A stretch of 64,000 nucleotides of DNA from a bacterium (GTDB lineage Bacteria > Zhuqueibacterota > Zhuqueibacteria > Residuimicrobiales > Krinioviventaceae), in NCBI GenBank assembly GCA_963674595.2, contig CAXXFV010000016.1:1-64000 (forward strand). Reading direction: 5' to 3'. Shown piece after piece: positions 10,533 to 22,559 of this stretch; the stretch's first letter is position 1, and each line of letters starts with the position of its first letter. The notes below the pieces were generated by a model. It saw only the letters and a list, made by a program, of their open reading frames with translations, was not told where the DNA came from and did not search any database. The position numbers were made by a program, and so were the translations under genes.

Positions 10533-12578
10533 ATGCAGAGAAGTCATGTCATTAAAGCTGTTGTTATTTTGGCGCTTGTTATTCTTGCTGTCGTTTCATT
10601 ATTACCAACATTTCAATTAAATGATTTGCAGGAAAAAGAGAGCAATCTGGTTAAAGGTATTGCATCATTTACCGGATTAAGCCGGTCAGATATTAATGCT
10701 GCTGTCAATCAGGGCGAATTGGAAAGCCTTGTTCGAAAAGTTAGTTCAGCTGATTCTCAGGAAAAAGCATTGAGCCTAAGTGCTGAGCTGATTACCTTGA
10801 ATACCGAAATAACTCAAACTGAAGGTCGTGCAATACGCCAGGGCTTGGATTTGCAGGGTGGCACCTATTTAGTCTATGAAGCCGATTTACCTCAATTGTT
10901 GCGAGATGTGGCCAAAAATAAAGACGATAGGCTTGAAGATATTATAGAAGCAACAAAAAAGAAGACTGAAAAAGGTCAGGATTTTTTTGAGGCGCTTGAA
11001 AGTACCTTTAATGAAAGAAATGTTGGAATGAGCCGATATTTTGGTCGTAAAGGGAAATCCAATGAAGAGATTATTAAAGAACTGGGAGATGCAGCCGACG
11101 ATGCTGTAAACCGTACATTGGAAGTCTTGCGTAATCGAATTGATCAATTTGGTGTTTCTGAACCCTCAATTCAAAAGCAGGGAAATCGTCGTATCATCAT
11201 TCAGTTGGCAGGCATTCAAAATATACAGCGTGCAAAAAAGATTATTGGTACAACAGCAAAACTGGAATTTAAACTGGTTAAAGATGCTCAGTTAGCTAGT
11301 GTTGTACTTGAAGATATTAACAGGGTTCTTCGTAAGAAGCGAAAAGGCGAAGAGATAAAAGAATCTTCAGAGGCGGTTAAGGATTCTGTTAAAATTGAAG
11401 ATGGTGACAAGGCCGAAGAAACTGAAGTTAGTTTAACCGACCTTTTCGGTGAACAGGAAGAATCAGAAGCCGGTGCTGATACAACGTTGCTGGTAGACGA
11501 AAAAACTTTTTCCGAAAGACCTTTTACATCTCTCTTAAGACGGATAAATGCATATTCTGATGCTATTTCCGTTCCAAGTAAAAATGTTAGGGCTGTTCAA
11601 CGTATTTTGCAAATGCCTGAAGTAATCGCCGTTATTCCGGGAGATGCAGAGTTTGTCTGGAGCCGAAAACCTCTTTATATGGGTGAAGAAGAATTTCAAC
11701 AAATTTATCTTGTAAAAAAAGAGCCGGAATTACTTGGTTCTACGTTAACAGATGCAAATGTTGATTTTGGGGCCAGTAATACAAGTTTACGTGGAAATGA
11801 ATCGCGCGTATTGTTTTCGTTAAACAGTGAAGGTTCAAAACAATTTGCCAAAGTAACCGGTATGAACATTGGCAAGAAACTGGCCATTGTTTTAGATAAT
11901 AAAGTAGCATCTGCTCCAAACATAACCGGAAAAATTCCGACAGGAAGCGCTGAAATTACAGGTTCTTTTACTGTGGATGAAGCAAAAGACCTTGCGCTTG
12001 TTCTTCGCGCCGGTGCTTTACCTGCTCCTGTACATGTGATTACAGAAAACACAGTCGGGCCTTCATTAGGTCATGATTCCATTCAAAAAGGTCAACAATC
12101 TGCTATCATTGGATTGTTGCTTGTGATCCTTTTTATGATTTTCTACTATCGCGGGTCCGGAGCCATTGCAGACTTTTTGTTGTTATTAAATATTGTTTTT
12201 GTACTTGCAATTATGGCAAGTTTTCATGCTACACTTACTTTACCAGGTATAGCCGGTATTATTTTAACTGTCGGTATGGCTGTTGATGCAAATGTTCTTA
12301 TATTTGAAAGAATTCGAGAAGAAATTAAAGCCGGCAAAACAATTCGAGCAGCAATTGACAGCGGTTATGGGCGGGCTTTTACGACCATTTTAGATGCCAA
12401 TATCACAACATTGATTACTGCTGTTGTTCTTTACAGTTTTGGAACCGGGCCTATTAAAGGTTTTGCGCTTACATTATCAATTGGTATTATAGCAAGTATG
12501 TTTACTGCTATTGTCGTTACCCGGCTTATCTTTGATATGATAACATCAAGATATGCTATAAAAAAATTAAGTATATAA
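10533..12578 (+). CDS. secD: Protein translocase subunit SecD
   Basis: GLDLQGG, RIDQFGVSEP, LRAGALPAP, GMAVDANVLIFERIREE. Confidence 0.96.
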   Translation: MQRSHVIKAVVILALVILAVVSLLPTFQLNDLQEKESNLVKGIASFTGLSRSDINAAVNQGELESLVRKVSSADSQEKALSLSAELITLNTEITQTEGRAIRQGLDLQGGTYLVYEADLPQLLRDVAKNKDDRLEDIIEATKKKTEKGQDFFEALESTFNERNVGMSRYFGRKGKSNEEIIKELGDAADDAVNRTLEVLRNRIDQFGVSEPSIQKQGNRRIIIQLAGIQNIQRAKKIIGTTAKLEFKLVKDAQLASVVLEDINRVLRKKRKGEEIKESSEAVKDSVKIEDGDKAEETEVSLTDLFGEQEESEAGADTTLLVDEKTFSERPFTSLLRRINAYSDAISVPSKNVRAVQRILQMPEVIAVIPGDAEFVWSRKPLYMGEEEFQQIYLVKKEPELLGSTLTDANVDFGASNTSLRGNESRVLFSLNSEGSKQFAKVTGMNIGKKLAIVLDNKVASAPNITGKIPTGSAEITGSFTVDEAKDLALVLRAGALPAPVHVITENTVGPSLGHDSIQKGQQSAIIGLLLVILFMIFYYRGSGAIADFLLLLNIVFVLAIMASFHATLTLPGIAGIILTVGMAVDANVLIFERIREEIKAGKTIRAAIDSGYGRAFTTILDANITTLITAVVLYSFGTGPIKGFALTLSIGIIASMFTAIVVTRLIFDMITSRYAIKKLSI

Positions 12579-12633
12579 ATTAGCTGTTTCCATTTTTCAT
12601 ATAATTTAGAAATGTTTAGGAGATAAATACAGC

Positions 12634-13566
12634 ATGCAATTTCTTCGAGAATCAAATCTTAATATTATTGGACAGAAAAAAATTGCCTATATTTTTTCAG
12701 GTGTACTTATTCTTATAGGAATTATATCTTTAATCCTTCATGGTGGTCCAAAGTATGGTATCGATTTTACCGGAGGAACATCCGTACAACTAAAATTTTC
12801 AAAGCAAATTTCTGCAGGTGATCTTCGTAATTCTCTGGTAGGTTTGGGGTATGGAAAATCTGAAATAAAGAGGATTGGACTGCCGGAAGATAACGAAGTC
12901 CTTATTCGTATGGAACTGGTGGAAGAAGGGGCAGATGTAGCCCAAAAGATTGAGGACAAGTTAAGAGTTGATTTTCCCAATAATTCCTATGACATCCGTT
13001 CTGTTACTGAAATTGGTCCTACAATCGGTGGTGAACTTCGACGTGCCGCTATGATGGCTATTTTAATTTCATTGCTTGGAATTCTTGTATATATCAGCTG
13101 GAGATTTGAATTTAAATTTGCTGTTGGTGCCGTTGTAGCGCTTTTTCATGATGTTCTTATTACACTGGGATTTTTCTCATTGTTAAATTTTGAAATTACA
13201 CTCGTTGTTATCGCCGCGTTTTTAACCATTGTTGGTTATTCATTAAATGATACGATTGTTGTTTATGATCGTATTAGAGAAAATTTAAAGGTGTTAAGAC
13301 GCGAAAATTTTGAAAATGTTATTAATACGAGTATTAATCAAACACTGAACAGAACGATTATAACATCCGGTACAACCTTATTGGTTGTTGTCGTATTATA
13401 TCTTATCGGCGGTAAAGTTATTCACGATTTTGCATTTGCTTTAATCGTTGGTGTTCTAATTGGTACTTATTCATCGATTTTTGTCGCCAGTCCGATTGTA
13501 TTGGAATGGCAAAATAAAGTAGAGAGTAGAAAAAACCAAAAATCGGCATTAAGGGCCAGAAAATAA
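12634..13566 (+). CDS. secF: Protein translocase subunit SecF
   Basis: GIDFTGG, HDVLIT, GYSLNDTIVVYDRIRE, GTYSSIFVASP. Confidence 0.96.
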   Translation: MQFLRESNLNIIGQKKIAYIFSGVLILIGIISLILHGGPKYGIDFTGGTSVQLKFSKQISAGDLRNSLVGLGYGKSEIKRIGLPEDNEVLIRMELVEEGADVAQKIEDKLRVDFPNNSYDIRSVTEIGPTIGGELRRAAMMAILISLLGILVYISWRFEFKFAVGAVVALFHDVLITLGFFSLLNFEITLVVIAAFLTIVGYSLNDTIVVYDRIRENLKVLRRENFENVINTSINQTLNRTIITSGTTLLVVVVLYLIGGKVIHDFAFALIVGVLIGTYSSIFVASPIVLEWQNKVESRKNQKSALRARK

Positions 13567-13593
13567 AAAAAGTCGTGCCAAAAGGAGTTCAAG

Positions 13594-13929
13594 ATGGATA
13601 TAGGTCAAAAGACTATTGACGATATTATTATTCTCGAATTATCTGGAAAGATTATGGGTGGTCCGGATGCGACGGCTTTTAATGAAAAACTGCATGATCT
13701 TGTTGAAAGTGGTAATATAAAGGTGATCGCTGATCTTTCTAAGGTAAACTGGATGAACAGTTCCGGTTTGGGAATCTTGATCAGCGCCCTGACAACTATT
13801 CGTAATGCAGGTGGCGATTTAAAGTTAGCCGCCATTACAGAGCGTATTAAAAGTTTACTCATGATCACCAAACTTTTATCAGTGTTTGATACATTTGACA
13901 CAACTGAAGAAGCAGTAAAAAGCTTTTAA
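13594..13929 (+). CDS. STAS-domain anti-sigma factor antagonist
   Basis: DLSKVNWMNSSGLG phospho-Ser motif; 111 aa. Confidence 0.88.
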   Translation: MDIGQKTIDDIIILELSGKIMGGPDATAFNEKLHDLVESGNIKVIADLSKVNWMNSSGLGILISALTTIRNAGGDLKLAAITERIKSLLMITKLLSVFDTFDTTEEAVKSF

Positions 13930-14009
13930 AAAATAAAAAAAGTATTTGTAAATTTTAACTATGCTCCGAGCATGTTTTGCTGGTTCGGAGTTTTTTAATT
14001 TTTGGGTGA

Positions 14010-15287
<1,278 letters not shown>

Positions 15288-15307
15288 TCTAAGTTTTTAG
15301 TTAAAAT

Positions 15308-15338
15308 AAAAGCCGTTAATTTTAAATTAACGGCTTTT
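15308..15338. terminator. Bidirectional intrinsic terminator
   Basis: AAAAGCCGTTAATTT-T-AAATTAACGGCTTTT between purA and the convergent gene. Confidence 0.8.
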
Positions 15339-15746
15339 TGTTTTTTTAAACAAATTAATCAGTATTAGAAATTTTTCTTTTATAAAATTTAGTATGGAAA
15401 TAAACCAGTTTTTCTTTGGCGGTGTTAACAGTATTATACGTTGTTTTTTAAATTTTTCCTGTTCTTCAAATGTCAACGGCAAACGCCCAAAGTTCTCATG
15501 AAATTCCATATCCAGCAACAATAATTTATCATCATCAGATTGGATAATTCTGGCCTCAATTTCTGTCCATCCTAAACTTTCACAAGCTTTTAACCTGCGA
15601 AATCCACTGATGAGAACATAATGTTCATCTACTATAATCGGATTTAAAAGTCCCACTTTTTTAATCGAATCAGCCAAATCCAACAGATTACCGGGTGAGG
15701 TTCGAAGACGTTCGCTGATTTTTATTTGTGAAATTCCCAGTTTCAT
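15327..15746 (-). CDS. Short ParB/Srx N-terminal-domain protein
   Basis: LADSIKKVGLLNPIIV, LISGFRRLKA, EN motif; start placed at ATG 15746. Confidence 0.8.
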   Translation of the reverse strand: MKLGISQIKISERLRTSPGNLLDLADSIKKVGLLNPIIVDEHYVLISGFRRLKACESLGWTEIEARIIQSDDDKLLLLDMEFHENFGRLPLTFEEQEKFKKQRIILLTPPKKNWFISILNFIKEKFLILINLFKKTKSR

Positions 15747-15799
15747 TTTATTTATCCTGATCGTTAAGCAATAAAAATTTACTACTTTATTAACTCTCA

Positions 15800-15828
15800 A
15801 AGATATTTAGAAAAGACGTGGATGTCAA
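15800..15828 (-). promoter_or_regulatory. Sigma-70 promoter of the ParB-like gene
   Basis: Minus strand TTGACA-17 nt-TATCTT. Confidence 0.6.
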
Positions 15829-15849
15829 GCAAGAATTTTAGGTATACAA

Positions 15850-15937
15850 AATAAAAAGGACTTTAAAAAAAGTCCTTTTTACTATTCAGCACCACACAAC
15901 ACACATCATCAAAAACCCTTCATCACCGCCCATCTTC
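15850..15937 (-). ncRNA. Candidate sigma-54-dependent small RNA
   Basis: G/U-rich ~90-nt segment between a consensus -24/-12 promoter and an intrinsic terminator; no long ORF; the downstream gene has its own promoter. Confidence 0.5.
15853..15880 (-). terminator. Intrinsic terminator
   Basis: AAAAAGGACTTT-AAAA-AAAGTCCTTTTT inverted repeat with T-tract on the minus strand. Confidence 0.75.
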
Positions 15938-15948
15938 AATATTCTCTT

Positions 15949-15964
15949 TGCAAATAAAGTGCCA
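15949..15964 (-). promoter_or_regulatory. Sigma-54 (-24/-12) promoter
   Basis: Minus strand TGGCAC-TTTAT-TTGCA, matching consensus TGGCAC-N5-TTGCW. Confidence 0.75.
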
Positions 15965-16070
15965 AAACTATTTTTTGGGATACTTTAATAAAAGTCTTTG
16001 TTTTTATGTGTGTTATAAAAATTTTTACTAAATAATTTTTTTACTAAAAATCTTTAATAATTTTACTAGT

Positions 16071-16118
16071 TGTCCCAAAAAGTATACAAAACCTGTTTAT
16101 TGTCCCTTTTTTATGACA
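16071..16118. promoter_or_regulatory. Pair of candidate enhancer-binding-protein sites
   Basis: TGTCCCAAAAAGTATACA (16071) and TGTCCCTTTTTTATGACA (16101), both TGT-N12-ACA, 30 bp apart and 110-150 bp upstream of the sigma-54 promoter. Confidence 0.5.
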
Positions 16119-16220
16119 GTTTTATAAAATTCAATTTTTACTTGCATTTGCTGCAAATCTCTTGTACTTTTGCAACCTTGTGACCTATATAAATTTTTAT
16201 AATAATTTAGGATACATATT

Positions 16221-17283
16221 ATGAGACAATCCTTTCAACCCGATTACCACAATTTGCTGCAGGTAGTGGAAAACACAAAACCTCATCGGTTACCCCTGTA
16301 TGAACATCATATTGATGCTCCTTTTATATCCAGGGTTTTGGGAAAAGATGTAAAATTGCAGGGAAGTTCTGCAAAAGACTATGAAGCATATTACCAGACA
16401 ATTTGCCGGTTTTGGCAAGATATGACCTATGACGGACTCGATTTTGAAGCTGCTATTTGCGACATATATCCCGGACACGGTGCAATTATGGGCGGAATGG
16501 CCGGCCCGATTCAAACCCGTGACGATTTTGTAAAATATCCTTTTGATGATATACCCCATATTTTTTGGGAAAAATATAGAACCTCATTTTCAGGCTTTAC
16601 AAAAAGTAATGCCTCAAGGTATGAAAGCCCACGGTGGTTGTGGATATGGTATTTTCGAATCCAGTGAAGATCTTGTAGGGTTTGAGCATTTGTGTATTAT
16701 GCAGTTTGAAGACCCGGAGCTATTTGCTGATTTGTTTAAAAAAATCGGTGATCTTTATGTAACACTTTGGTCTCAGGTGATTGAAAAATATAGTGATTTA
16801 TTTGTATTTTATCGAATGGGTGACGACCTGGGATTTAAAACTTCTACATTGTTATCTCCCGATACTTTAAGACAACATGTTTTTCCGCAATATAAAAGGA
16901 TTATCGATTTAGCGCACCAGGATGGAAAACGTTTTTTGTTACACTCATGTGGTAATATTTTTTCTGTTATGGACAGTATTATTGAAACCGGCATTGACGC
17001 CAAACATTCCAATGAAGATGAAATTGCACCTTTTGAGAAATGGATTGAAAAATATAATGATCAAATAGGACTTTTTGGTGGTATTGATGTTAATACGTTG
17101 TGCCTCGATGATTATGATACGGTTTATCACAAAGTTTTAAAAGATGGTCTCCGCTACCGGTCTATGTCCAAAGGCTTTGGGCTCGGTTCAGGGAATTCAA
17201 TCGCCGAATATATACCGGTTGAGGGTTATATGGCGATGATTGACGCCGTAAAAGAGATACGTAGACAGGAAGGTACAAATTAG
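16221..17283 (+). CDS. Uroporphyrinogen decarboxylase/MtaA-CmuA family protein (one frameshift near 16578)
   Basis: ORFs 16221..16667 and 16543..17283 join by removing one base; MGDDLG, LHSCG, GGIDV and LGSGNSI motifs. Confidence 0.75.
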
Positions 17284-17331
17284 TAAACCTTTTGTATTTT
17301 AAGAACCTTTTTCTTATATAGCGAGGTGCCA

Positions 17332-19331
17332 ATGGATACTTCCGAGCACATTTACCACGATGATCCGAAAAACGGTCATAAAGATGTTAAAACAACCTTA
17401 AAAGATGTCGATTATTATTTTTTTGGGTAACGGACATCTTGAAGCAGCCATCCAGATTTGTACTTCCGGCAAAGCCACGCCGGTTGGCGTTATTCTTATG
17501 AATCCGGAAGTGTTTGGTCCAAAAAGAGCCGCATTGTCGATGGACCCGGAAAGCGGATTGGAAAAAACACTCATTACTCTTCATACTGAAAATGACACGA
17601 TTACCACCGATGCTAAACACCTTCAAGCTATATGGTCCGATATTGAATCTGTGCCTTGTGTCAAAATATCTTGGGAAAATTTAGGATATGGAATTACAGA
17701 ACGTTTTTACTGTTCAGACCGTGAAACGAATTGTTTGGTTAGAGAAATTACAATAAATAAAACACCTGATGGAACAAAGTCTGTCTATTTATCAACCGGC
17801 GCCAAAGATGCCTTTATTGTCATACAATTGGACCTTGATCAAAATGACAAGATAAATTTAATCTATACGATTGAAAACGATAAAATAGTTATATCCACCA
17901 ATGAAAATTTTGCGTCCGTACATAAAAGTGCAAAGGAATATTGGCAACATACCATTTCTGTGAATAGCGGTCATCCCAAATTTGATCGTTTATTGGTATC
18001 ATCCAAGAATCAACTGCCGTCCAATATATCTGTTCAGGGCATGATGGATGCGAGTATCTGGCAATATAATCTCGAATGGGTCCGCGATCAATCTAACGTT
18101 ATTATGGGATTAACCGTATCCGGACAGTTTGAGCTTGCACGAACAATGCTCGATAGAATTTTTACCAAGTTTGTGACAAAAGAGGGTGATACTGTCGATT
18201 CGGGTCGTGTAAGGGAACGACGGGAAGCAGAACTTGATCAAAATGGCGTTCTCCTTTTGGCGTTAAAAAATTATGTGGATTGGACCGGGGATATTACCCT
18301 GATTGAAAAACATTGGCAAAAAATTATTGCTGTGGCCGAGTTTCCCATTCAAGAGTTTTTTGCGCACTCTTGCGGACTTTTACATAATGTTCGGGATATT
18401 TGGGAACGACACGATGCTTATGGTATTTTGGACGGTTTTGAGTCAAGTTATCAGGTGTATGTTTCTGTGGGCCTGGCTTGTGCGGCAGATTTTGCCAAGC
18501 TTGTCAACAAAAACGAATATGCTGAAAAATGGTCGATGAAAGCAAAACAGTTAAAGCAGGCATACTCAATGGCCCCTATGCCATGATTGATAACGGGCAC
18601 TTTATCAAACGACGTACGTTAGACGGACAGGTTCAATACGAAGCAAAGCCACTGCCGGGTACCGACATTCCGCCGGGTGTTCCTCTTGATACTGATCAGC
18701 CGCATTTTCTTAATCCGGATTCTACATCTGTTTTACCAATGGTTTTAGGATTTGTTGATGTAAACTCTGAGGTGGCGCAAAATACTCTGCAGGAAATGGA
18801 AAAATTATGGAATATGACCTGGGATTTTGGCGGATATGCCCGATATAATGTCAGCTCTGAGCCGGATTCTCCGGGGCCTGGCCGCTGGCCTCTGCGGTTA
18901 TCGCTCAGGCCCATTTAATGGCAGGAAATGATGATAAAGTTTGGCAGGTGGTTGATTTTTTGAATACTGTTCCCGGTTCAGGTTCCGGTGCCTGGTTTGA
19001 AGTTTATGGTGACCGACCGGTACCGCCTTGTCCGCAAATCGGTATTTTACCATGGACCTGGGCAGAGGTGATTAAATTTTTTGTTCAATATTTTTTGGGT
19101 ATTTCCCCTTCACATGATGGTTATGTTAAAATTGAACCGCGTCTGTTATCAGGATTGGATACTGTTAAAGCAACAGTCCGTGTTCACAAGGTCAAGCTTG
19201 ATTTGACGATTGTTAAAGTTGCACCCGAATCCAGAGGAATGGTTTTTAACGAAAAATTTACGCCCGGCGATGATGGTTGTTTTGTTTTTAAAATCCCGGA
19301 TTCGGATAGTAAAATTGAACTGAGAGTTTAA
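17332..19331 (+). CDS. Six-hairpin glycosidase-like protein (three single-base frameshifts)
   Basis: SD GAGGT then ATG 17332; frames join at the T-run ~17420, ~18560 and ~18879; WVRD, ELDQNG and GGYARY...GPWP motifs. Confidence 0.65.
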
Positions 19332-19354
19332 AAAGGGGCTTTTGCCCCTTTTTT
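19330..19354 (+). terminator. Intrinsic terminator
   Basis: AAAAAGGGGC-TTTT-GCCCCTTTTTT. Confidence 0.85.
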
Positions 19355-19467
19355 CTAAAATTTTGATTTTTTTATTGATTTTCTAGTCTAATTTTCTGAT
19401 ATTGATCCAATAAAATCCCAGCTATAATTTTAGGGTGAAAATACACATACTATGAAACGGGTTGTTG

Positions 19468-22400
19468 ATGAAACGGTATTTTGCTTTTATTGTTGTTTGT
19501 TGTGCTGTCTGTTTTATGTGCCGTCATGCGGATGCTGCTGTGACAGGCGAATTGAGCGGAACAGTCCTGGATTTTGCGAAATGGAACCGGTACGCAATGC
19601 CGTCATCCGGTTGGACAATGGTCGCACCACACAAACAGATAACCGGGCTTTTTCCATTTTCTTGGGCTCACGGCCAAAACCTATGACGTCAGTATTGAGA
19701 AGGAAGGTTTCAGACGGATCGTGTTAAAGGATGTTCCCATACGACCCGGGTCAACATTGCCGGTTAATGTGCAGCTTTACAAAGCCAAAGCAAATGAGCC
19801 GGATTCCTTGTGCTATAACTATCCGGTTTTTTATCCGGATTATCTTTCTCTCAGGAATGAATTGACAGCCGATGAAGTAGAATTTCTACCGGCCTATTAT
19901 CTTTCTACACCCCGGAAATACAAATATTTTAGTCTTTATCAATCAGGGCAAAATGAATATGAAAATTATTCTGCTACAGCCCCGCGTATCGGTTCTTATC
20001 GCCGCAGTGTTGTAGAATATGCTGATTTTAACATGTCATCCATTGAAAACCAGAACCGGTCGGATTATATTTTCCTTAAAGAAGGCGGAGATTCTTTTCA
20101 GGGAAGTTTGGAATATACCACCAATGACATCGGCGGCAGTGATTTTCAGCGAAATTTGGGCCATTCCTTTCCACAAGAAACGGGCAGTTCTTATCCAAGA
20201 ACCTATGAAACATTTATCATCCGGACCAGCTTCGTTATCTTCAGGCCCAATTAAGCGGTCCCGTCCCTTTTGTAAATAAATTTTTAAATCCCGGACAAAA
20301 ACTGTCCTATGTGCTCAGCTGTGAAGTGTATAATTCCGACGGTATGCTGCCCAACGAGTATAAAAAGACATTTCATGGATTTGGATCTTTGTGTTTTTAT
20401 CCGTCGCCAAATCAACGGTTGTATATTTCAGCCTTTGCTGAAAAAAATGAATACTCGATATATGACGTCCTCTGGAAAAAGGACGTTTCCGAAGATTTGA
20501 ATGAAACTTATAAATCCTATGGTGATAAGGATAACAACGGCGTTGATGATAATCCGGCTTATATGGTTGATCCTGTAACCGGTCTTCCCTGGTACGGCAA
20601 CGGGGTTTTAGACACCGAAGACAAAAACGGCAACAATCTGCTGGACGAGGGCGAGGATATAAATGGTAATGGTCTTTTAGATATGGAAGACCTTGATTAC
20701 AACAACAAACTGGATGTTTTTCACATGCCGGATCGGGTCCCCAGGTTTGAGTCCCGCAAAAATCAACTGAACCTGGACTGGATGAATATGTTGCATCCGA
20801 GATTGTTGACGGAATTTAGTTATACTTTTGACACTTATAGCCGTGATGGGAATGTTAATGAAACTATTTATGAAGACATAGACGGTGACGGCAAGCTGGA
20901 TATGGTGAGTGAAAATATCGATATGAATGGAGATGGGGTAATTGATCCCCATGAATGGAAAGACCTGGATGGTGATGGTTATTTTGACAAAATACCTGAA
21001 GATTTGAACGGTAACGATATACTTGATCCGCGTGGGACGGATTTGTTTACGGATTATAATCAGAACGGTTATGTTGATGCGTCCGAATACCGTCCCCGGC
21101 AGTACTGATGCCCATGGGAGATGCTCACCTGAAAGGATGCAAGAGCGCTCATGGATTTTATACAGCCGATAGAACTACCTATTATACGGTGTACTGGGAC
21201 CACACGACTTTAAAAAAGCATTTTGCTAATTTTGCTTTAACCTGGCAAATGATCAAACGTAAGGGATTGCAAAATCAATTAAAAATTGGGACCCAGGGTG
21301 GTTATCTTGAACAGAAAGATTACAGAGTAACGCGTTATGGAACCGGTAAAGATTCTTTTTATCCGAATTATCGGTCATTTTATATTCAGAACATTTTTCG
21401 GACTAGTTTACCTGAAAATGGCAAAAATTTTGTGTTAAATCTGGGACTGCGATATGATATTTATGATCCAAACTATGAAATAACACAACCAAAGTATAAT
21501 ATACCTAATAGCCCTCTTGAGACAATCATATATCCTATAGAAAAATATTGGCTGCCCCGCCTCGGGCTTTCGTTTATGCCGACAAATCATACAATGTTAT
21601 ATTATAATTTTGAAAAGTTTTTAAACCTGTGGCCATCGGATATTTCAAGCTCACAGATTCCGGTGTTCAGCCTAACCCGGGATGAAGCTTATTCACCTGA
21701 TAAACTTGCTTATAGTGAACTTGGCTTTGAGACCAATATAAATAGAATTTCTAGCCATGAGATGGGAGCTTCTTTCCTATGTTCTCAAAGGTTAAAATTA
21801 AACAGTGCCCTTTTTGTTAAAAAATATATGGAGATTGAGGGTAGTCACACAGTTTATTATACTGTGGGAGGAAAAATATATTATAATAGGTCAAAAAATT
21901 ACACAAGATTTCAAGGTATAAAATCCAGTATCACCTATTCACCGTTTCAATCCATGCACATTTTTGTAAAATATATTTACAGCAAAACCAAGTATATTTC
22001 GGCATGGGAAAATGGAACTGGTAAGAGTGCAGAATGGTCTGGTAAGGTTTTGTCATCAAAAGATCATATGTCTGATCAAGATCGCCCGCACCGTTTCAGT
22101 TCATATATTAATTATACAGTCCCGAACAACAAAAACCGGTTTCTGAATTTGTTTTCGGGTGTGTCGGCAACACTATGTGCTAATTATCTCTCCGGGCTTC
22201 CATACACAGCACCGAAAGGTCAGGATAAAAGTTCTATTAATAATAAAGCACGACTTCCGGGTTTAAACTGGTTTGATTTAAAGGTGCAAAAGAAAATTTC
22301 CTGTGCCGGAATCAGTGTTGAGTTCTATTCGGAAGTACACAACATTTTTAACAAACTTTTATTAACGGACCTTCCTGATAATGCTGAGGAGTGGTATCAC

Positions 22401-22505
22401 TCTCAAAAGGATCAAATTAATTATGCAGCAATGGGGAAATATGAAGATCCGTCTATTTACGCCCCGGGTCGGCGTATTTATTTTGGTATTAAAACAAGCT
22501 GGTAA
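19468..22505 (+). CDS. TonB-dependent receptor-like protein with N-terminal carboxypeptidase-regulatory-like domain (multiple frameshifts)
   Basis: Fragments 19462, 19452, 19721, 20311 and 21108 chain together; LNLGLRYD, PRLGLSF, SGLPYT, NIFN motifs and C-terminal PGRRIYFGIKTSW. Confidence 0.7.
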
Positions 22506-22509
22506 TAAA

Positions 22510-22533
22510 AAAGCCGGTTTTAAAACCGGCTTT
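22510..22533. terminator. Intrinsic terminator between convergent genes
   Basis: AAAGCCGGTTT-TA-AAACCGGCTTT. Confidence 0.75.
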
Positions 22534-22559
22534 GTAATGACCTATCGTCTGTCGGGTCG

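Noticed and set aside
21106-21110. TGA at the end of ORF 20311..21108 as a second Sec codon
   Set aside because: The downstream ORF is in a different frame; a missing G (TAC TGG ATG) explains the junction
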